Assembly (NCBI GenBank): GCA_022605425.2
Contig: CM061255.1
Location: 434,001-498,000 of the forward strand
Source of the DNA: Hamiltosporidium tvaerminnensis FI-OER-3-3
Lineage: Eukaryota; Fungi; Microsporidia
Length of the DNA: 64,000 nucleotides
Direction of reading: 5' to 3'
Positions 56,841-64,000 of this stretch are shown piece by piece. The notes beneath the pieces were generated by a model, which made no database searches, was not told the DNA's origin, and worked only from the letters and a program-made list of their open reading frames with translations. The number at the start of each line of letters is the position of its first letter. Positions within the stretch are counted from its first letter, which is position 1. The position numbers and the translations under genes are program-made.

Positions 56841-59252
56841 TTGTTTGATATTTTACAAACTTAGAAACAAATTTCTTATGCATTTATTATTTTTTAAAAA
56901 ACTTTGAGAAAGTTCAATAAAAAATTTATAAATAGAAACAAACGTTAAGAAAAGGAGTCATTAGAAAATTTTTATTGAAATTATTATGTATCTAGATTAA
57001 CGGTTCATTGATAAATCTGAAATAAATTTTTGTTGCATTGCGAATATCAATGGAAATTCAGAACATCGCTCTACTTTCCAGGAAATACAACTTATCAGAA
57101 CATTGTTTAAATACGGTTTAATATCAATGGATCTTAAAGTCAGCTTGATAATTCAATATATCATTATGAGTCATACTGTGTTTCACTTTCCTTTAGATAC
57201 ATACTCTGTATTTAAAATAATGCTATTTGAATCCTTTTTGTTTCTCATTCATGTGATATTGATTAGTATATTTCCCAAAGATTTGTTTGTTTATGAATTT
57301 ATCTTTCAGATTTAACAGGTTTTTATTATAACAATTCGAATATTTGAAAGGTAGTTTTGAACATTGGTAGTTATAAATTTAGCTTAAATTAGAATATAAT
57401 CATTTTTTTAGTTTAGTTCTTTACCTATCTAGTTAGTGATTTCTTATAATTCTATATGATTATAATTATGTCCTGTTCACTGATTTATTGCTGCATATAT
57501 TTTAGTTTATAAAGAGGCTTTTACATTTTTCTTTAATTTCGGAATAATTTAAGTTTTAAATCAAACATTATTTATCTATCAAAGTCTTCACAAATTTTCA
57601 TTTTCATTTGTTTCTTTAGTTAATATTTTCAGCTTCATTGTTATCAATATTATTCTTTCATTTTAAGTTTTATTCTTTTTTATGTTTATAATCTAATTCT
57701 TTTTTTTAGTTTGAATTAAAAATTTGTTATATGACCAAGAAATTTCATTTTTCTTTGTCATTTCTGATATAAATTTCTTTGACGGGGAGGGGGCTATTTA
57801 TATTTCAAAATTTCAACTTTAATTTCTTTTTTTTAAGATTTTTGGGCAATCATTAGTTCTTTAAACTAAAAACCATAGTATATCGACTTTCTATAAGTTT
57901 CAAATATCATTTACTATTTCTAAAAGTTCATAATAAACACTTATTTGAGCACAATGTCTATTCGGTTCGTAAGATAAATTCTATCTTAACCATACGACTG
58001 AATCTTTCGATTTCACACCATCACTCGATTTTTATTTCTACTTCGAATAGAAAACATAATTTCTGTTGTTCTGCACAAATATCCTACTTTCATTTTCTTC
58101 TCATACTTCGGTTCCAATGAGTTTTCATTAAAAATAAACCCCCCTCCCCACATTTATCTTTTATTTCTCTATAAAATTTTTTATACCGATGCACAGATCT
58201 ATCTAATAAGCATCAGTTCCATTTTTCTATTCTGCTATTTCAGAAGAAAATATTGCTTCTGAATTTTTCATAATTTCTGGGTTTTTTCGCTCTATAAATA
58301 CTTTTTTTTTGAACAAATTTGTTTCCGGATTAGGAAAATTTGTTTATTCAGACTATTCTATGATATTCTTAGATCTATTTATGGAAGGTGATATCAATTA
58401 AAACAATTTCTTCAATGAAATTGGTTGTGAATTGTATTGTTCTAGATTCAAATTACTTATTCTCTTAATAAATTGGTACAAAATTTGGAAATAGAACTGA
58501 TTCTACACAAAGTTAATTTTTAGTTTATAAATGTTTAAAATGTAGAAACCACATTTTATAGAAATAAATTTCATACTTTATTTTAAATTTGATTAATTAA
58601 AAATTTTTACCTGCTATAAGGTTAATTATATTTTTTTGATTTAATTTCCATTGTGGAATAGTAAATGTATAAACAATAAAAAAATATTTAGAATGCTTCA
58701 TTTCTTCTAATTAAAATTTTATACATAGATTTGTTTTAACTAAAGATGTATGAATATAAGTAAGTCATTTTAGATATGTGCTTTTTTTTTAAAAAAAAAT
58801 TGCAAGATCTTAATATTTGTCTAAGAGATATTCAAACTTCATGTTTTAAACACTATTTTATCGAGTTATCACTTTATTATTTATCTTGGTTCTAAGTAAT
58901 ATCATGAAAGAGATTATTATTCATATTTAAACAAAAGAATGATATTTTTTTAGTAATTATACCATTCATTCGCAATTTATGCAGTGTATGTTTTAATATC
59001 AAGAAAATTTCATGGCAAATAGCAAATGTGAATAATTTCGCAATCATGATATAATATCTACTTTTGAAAGATACATTTTTATCTTTTGTTATTCCATTCG
59101 GAATAACTTGTTGTGTAAAAGAAAATAGAAGTTCCCTTAAGGAAGTATTTCACTACATCATGAATTTGGAATAATGTTGAGTAAGATGGATCTAAACTGC
59201 ATGTAAATAATTGTTCAAGTAAATAAGTGTAGAGATTTTCAGGCAAAACTAT

Positions 59253-59475
59253 TATTATTTAATAGCTCGCCTTTTCTCTACGAATGGAACACAATCCAAC
59301 GATGAATTACAGCTTGGCAAAGTTATAGCCGGTCAAAGACATTTTTATTCTGATAGGTTAGGTTATCGGCCACACGCAAACATTTCTGAACGAAAGATAA
59401 AGAGTGCACCAACCGGAGATCAAACCGGCCTTTGGAAGCAAATTCCGATATCCTAACCACTTGACCATTGGCGCG
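59253..59475 (-). mobile_element. tRNA-derived SINE (~223 bp) with a 12-bp target-site duplication
   Basis: tRNA-like head at 59474-59405 (acceptor GCGCCAA/TTGGTGC, A box TGGTCAAGTGG, decayed B box GGTTTGATCTCC), a unique body and a TAAATAATAA tail. AGGCAAAACTAT flanks it at 59241-59252 and 59476-59487. Confidence 0.85.
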
Positions 59476-62400
59476 AGGCAAAACTATATTTGACCTAATT
59501 TTTTTTTATCTAATTAATAATTGTACTTTGGTATAAGTTAAATCAAAACATTGATTAAGAATTTAAATTAGTAACATATTTTTAATTATTGCTTCGTGTT
59601 TTATCAAGAAAAATTAAAAAATATATACCTATCCTTTGAAAAATATTTTAAAAATTAGATTTCACAGTTCTCGAAAAAAAATAGAATCTGTAAGGCTCTT
59701 CTGAAAGAAACACGCAAAATCGATTTACCTATGTAACCCTATATTCGATATCTGCAAGTAATCTAAGAATAAATAGTTTTAAATTCTTTGCATTTCAATA
59801 ATTTAACTTAAACTAAAGTGGTATACTTATATATAATAATAGCCAAGGCAAAAAATAATAACGATACAAAAAACTCAGTTATGAATATAATATAAAATGA
59901 CAATATCAATGAAATATGATTCCAATATTATTTAAAAAAAAAAATATATCTCTATAAGATCTCTATGCAGTTGTAGATGTAAACCATTTTTTCGATAAAG
60001 ATCTGCCATGAAGTGTGAGATTTAAGTGAATATTGGCCCTTGAAAGATTTCTACTTTTTAAAACTTAATATCGAAATTAGCATGTATTTTTATAAATTTC
60101 TAATCTTTTTGTTTTTATGTTTTAATGTATAGACATAAGTCGGCATTTAATAGTGTTAAGTATTCAAAAAAAATGCGAATTCAGCGGAATTACTTTATTT
60201 GTTAGTTCGCGAATATCAAACCAGCAAATCTCAAAATGAGCAATACAAAAGAATTAATGTATTTAAACATCATTGAATTCATATTAAAAATCTGAGCAGT
60301 TTTGGTTTCAATGCATTTAAAAATTTGAAAAATATGAGTAGGAATATAAATTAAGTTTTATTGCGATATTTTTGCACATAAAGACTTCGATTATATAATG
60401 AAGGCTGGGTGCCATTGTCGAGGAAAAATTTATTAATTTTAACATATATGAATTAAGTTGCACAATCTTAGAACAAAAATTCAAGATATTTAAATAAAGC
60501 GAGACTTCTCTTGTATCTTTCTCGACGCTTCGAAAAATTAAACGACATACACAAAGAAAAAGTGTTTTAAAATTTTGTAAAAGAAAAAAATGAACATATT
60601 TTTGTATTTATATATACAAAGACCTAAGAAATTCAAGAATTTATCTCGTTCAGTTATCAATGGTTTATTAAAAAATGATAAGAAGTAATTTAAAATGTTT
60701 TTACTAGATTTGTTGGGAAAAAAGCTCAAAACATTAATGTTATCATAATCAGATTTTAAGCTCTAAATTATGAATTATTTTGATCATGATATTCCTTATT
60801 TTTTGCCGTATTCATCATCACTGTTTATTTTACACTCAAAATAAAATACACAGATTCGTTAAGATCACTACAAAATATCAGAGTAACTTTATAATTCTGT
60901 CATATCGGTATTTTAATTTTCAGGAAATATTAAACACACTTTAAAATGTTTACCATAAAACCCAATTTATTTATGATGAACATCTATATATTTCCCATGA
61001 TGTTTATACATTAATTAATTGCGTCTATTGCCATTAAAAGAAATCCTGTCTATTCAATCCGGTTATTATAACATTAAAAATACATAAGCTGTAATTAACC
61101 TTAATTAAGAAGCACTACCTTTTTAACCCATTCCGAGAAAAAGCATACACTCTTGTAGCTTTTACTTACATTAATTTTTCAAAAAATATCCATAGATTAA
61201 AAATTCTTTAATTTCAATTATTCGTGATTTTTGTATTTTTGAAGCATAAATTTATTTTATAATCTACCATTTGAAATATTTTATGATTGTTTTATTATGT
61301 CGCATAATATTTTATTAATAAATTTCGATGATAAAGATAAGATATAATTAAATACATGGCGGTTTTAATGGCGAAAAATGATTTTTTGAATTTAAATTGC
61401 GTTTTTTTCTTGCTTTTGAATGAGAATTCAAAAGTATACTCTAAATTGAACCATAAGTGCCAAAAATTACAAAAGAGTCAAATTCGATATGAAAGCTGAT
61501 CAGTTTTAATAGAATGCAGTATTTGCGCTAAAAATATTCATATAAAAGCTTAATATGAAATTCATCATTGAGAAGTTAAATTTGAACTTTGCAACGAAAT
61601 TTAAGGTAATAACTTATACCATTAACGAAACATAATATATATCTTAATCAATTTCTTCCGTATCTTCAAGTGAATTCGTTTTGTTACAAAAATAATTTTT
61701 TTCTAATAGGAAACTCTTATAATGTTATATGAAGCGAAACTTTAGCAGATTATAACAATACCAGAGATTTATATCACGTACTAACAATATATCACATTTT
61801 AAAAAACCAATGCCTTACTTTCGTGTCAAAGTGATTTTAAGCAATATGTTATTGGCGTAATTTGAATTGGATCGTGGTATGCCCCAAAAACGGCTGGATC
61901 GATATAGTCTCATGCAAATCGAAAAATCTTTTACCCTGTAAAAATATATGGGCTTTTTTATTAAAAATCTATATTAATTTTGAAAAATCAGGATAAGCTA
62001 AAAATTATCTAAATAACTTTAAATACATGTTATATAGTTGTTTTACGTATTTATTTCTGTTTTTTCACTTTCTTTTGCAATTGAAAGTTTTTTTCGGATT
62101 TTTTTTGCTCTTTGTACGTTTTTCTAACAAACACGCACTTTAAATTTTTATTCTGCGAGACATGGTTTAATCTGCTTTATGTTAAGTAATTTAATTCGTT
62201 CAATATAAAAGCTTATAAAGATTACAATGAAATAAAGATGATTTTATATATATTTCTGCGAAGTGTCTTTTTCGTAAGGTTTCATGTATTGTTTAAATAT
62301 ATAATTGGTTTTACTCCAAAATATTTAAAAAATAAAAATAAGTACATTTTATTTCCTAAGAATAATCTATTGGTTAATTTCATACTCGATTTATAGTTGA

Positions 62401-64000
62401 TTGAAAATAAAGATTTTGAATTTCAAATAGATATACATTATGTTTTTAAAGTATATATGCCTGCAATACACGTTTGATAGATGGGTTAGAAAATATTTTA
62501 TCATAATTATGGATTTGTCAAAAGTATTTTAGGCCGCAACTAATTAACTAACACAAATTTGATATAGAGACCTTTCGGAAAATATTTCACATATGTTTCG
62601 AAAAAAATTCAATTAATTTTTATGATTTACTATAAATTTATTTACTCTATAAAACTAACGTTTGGAAAATTACAATGATATGTAATTAATATACAATATT
62701 TTAATACTTAAAAAAATTTATACATAATTTCTTTTAATGTATTGTTCCTGTGAATAAAACATGTTTATTTTATAATAAATTTCAATCTAATATATTTTTA
62801 CAACTTTGCGACAATATTTTAATCTTAAAAAGGTTAATAAAAAATTATGTTAACCTATTAATATCAATCACATAAATAAATATGCCTTTTTAATAAATTT
62901 TTCTGTTATATGTCATATTTTAAAAAGGCATAGTGCTTTATAAACACATTTTTGAAATAAAAATTGTTTAAACCGATTAAAATATAAAAATATAAACAAA
63001 CATAGCTCCGCTTGTTTCAATAAATAAAAATGTGTAAAAATTCTTATGTTTTTTCACAGGACAAAAAATATAATTCGCAAATCTTATATAGTTTATAAAG
63101 ATGTAAATCCTACAAATTTCTAAAAATCAGAGTTGACTGGTGAGTAATCTCAAGTTATATCAGGAGCGAAACTATAAATCCAATTAAATTATATTTTTGT
63201 GGATTATTGCAATCTAAACTCTGTTAAAATAAATATTTACGATTTATACCCTCAAGAAAAAAAAATTCATTAATTATTTCCATTCTCGTAGCAGATCCAA
63301 AATGTATTTAAAATGCTAAATAGTAAGTTTATTTTATATTTTAATTTATTACGTTTTAAATTTTTCACATCGGTTTCAATACCGTGATATATTTATACGC
63401 TAGTATTTAAATATAAACTGTAATTTTGGTATAGTAAGCTTTTATTTATTTTTTTGATTTATATGTATTAAATCTCTAATTATACTTCTTTGCCTACCTG
63501 TATTAAGATTAAATCATAGATTATAATTAAAGTATATAATTTAATATTATGGAAAAAAAACTTTAAACCCACAAACCAGCCTTCTTCTTAATCCTTTCGT
63601 GCTTTCAAGTCAAACTTAACTCCAATCTATCTGAATTTGGTTTAAACTTCCTGTCTTAATTTTTTTGTACTTGAAAAAAAGACTCAAGATTTTACAATGA
63701 ACATGAAAAAAAATTTCTCTTTGAAATATCAATTTTTTTAACTTTGTCTTATATAATTTTTTCATAGATGCATAAGTTCTAAAGCAATTATACATCAACA
63801 TTTTAACCCTTTATTAATATTTGAACATATTACAACTCAATATAATTTGTAAAACTACTGATTAAAATCTATATTTCTATGATTCCTATATAAACTTTTA
63901 CAAAAACCAAGCTTTAGTTATTTTGCTATGAAATATATAAATCGAAGATTTTTTGCATCAGATTAGATTCTTTATTATAAGTTTAAGAATCTTAAACATA

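Noticed and set aside
59405-59474. Functional tRNA-Gln(TTG) gene
   Set aside because: The T-loop and anticodon arm are non-canonical, and the sequence sits within a TSD-flanked, tailed element, so it is treated as a SINE head.

Overview
Very AT-rich, gene-sparse eukaryotic DNA that reads as a large-genome microsporidian. The evidence is CCC motifs just upstream of start codons, divergent housekeeping genes and a GTAAGT...TACTAAC-TTTAG intron; a Hamiltosporidium-like source is an inference. Recognisable genes are RPS3, SSU72, a Rab8/10/Sec4-type GTPase, a NEO1/ATP9-type P4-ATPase with five low-complexity inserts, an LRR protein and a two-RRM protein whose first exon the ORF track missed. There are also three paralogues of an unknown ~750-aa family and a coiled-coil hypothetical protein. 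Intergenic DNA is full of mobile elements: an RLE-type (R4/R2-like) LINE with older relics, about 9 copies or fragments of a ~730-bp structured non-coding retroposon, a tRNA-headed SINE with a perfect 12-bp TSD, RTE relics and a DD39D mariner. The most striking observation is the 68-nt intron of the RRM gene (47659-47726, minus strand). It is almost entirely a minimal box C/D snoRNA whose box C overlaps the 5' splice site, whose box D abuts the branch point, and whose guide matches the U18/snR18 target in LSU rRNA. All calls come from reading the sequence by eye; no searches were run.
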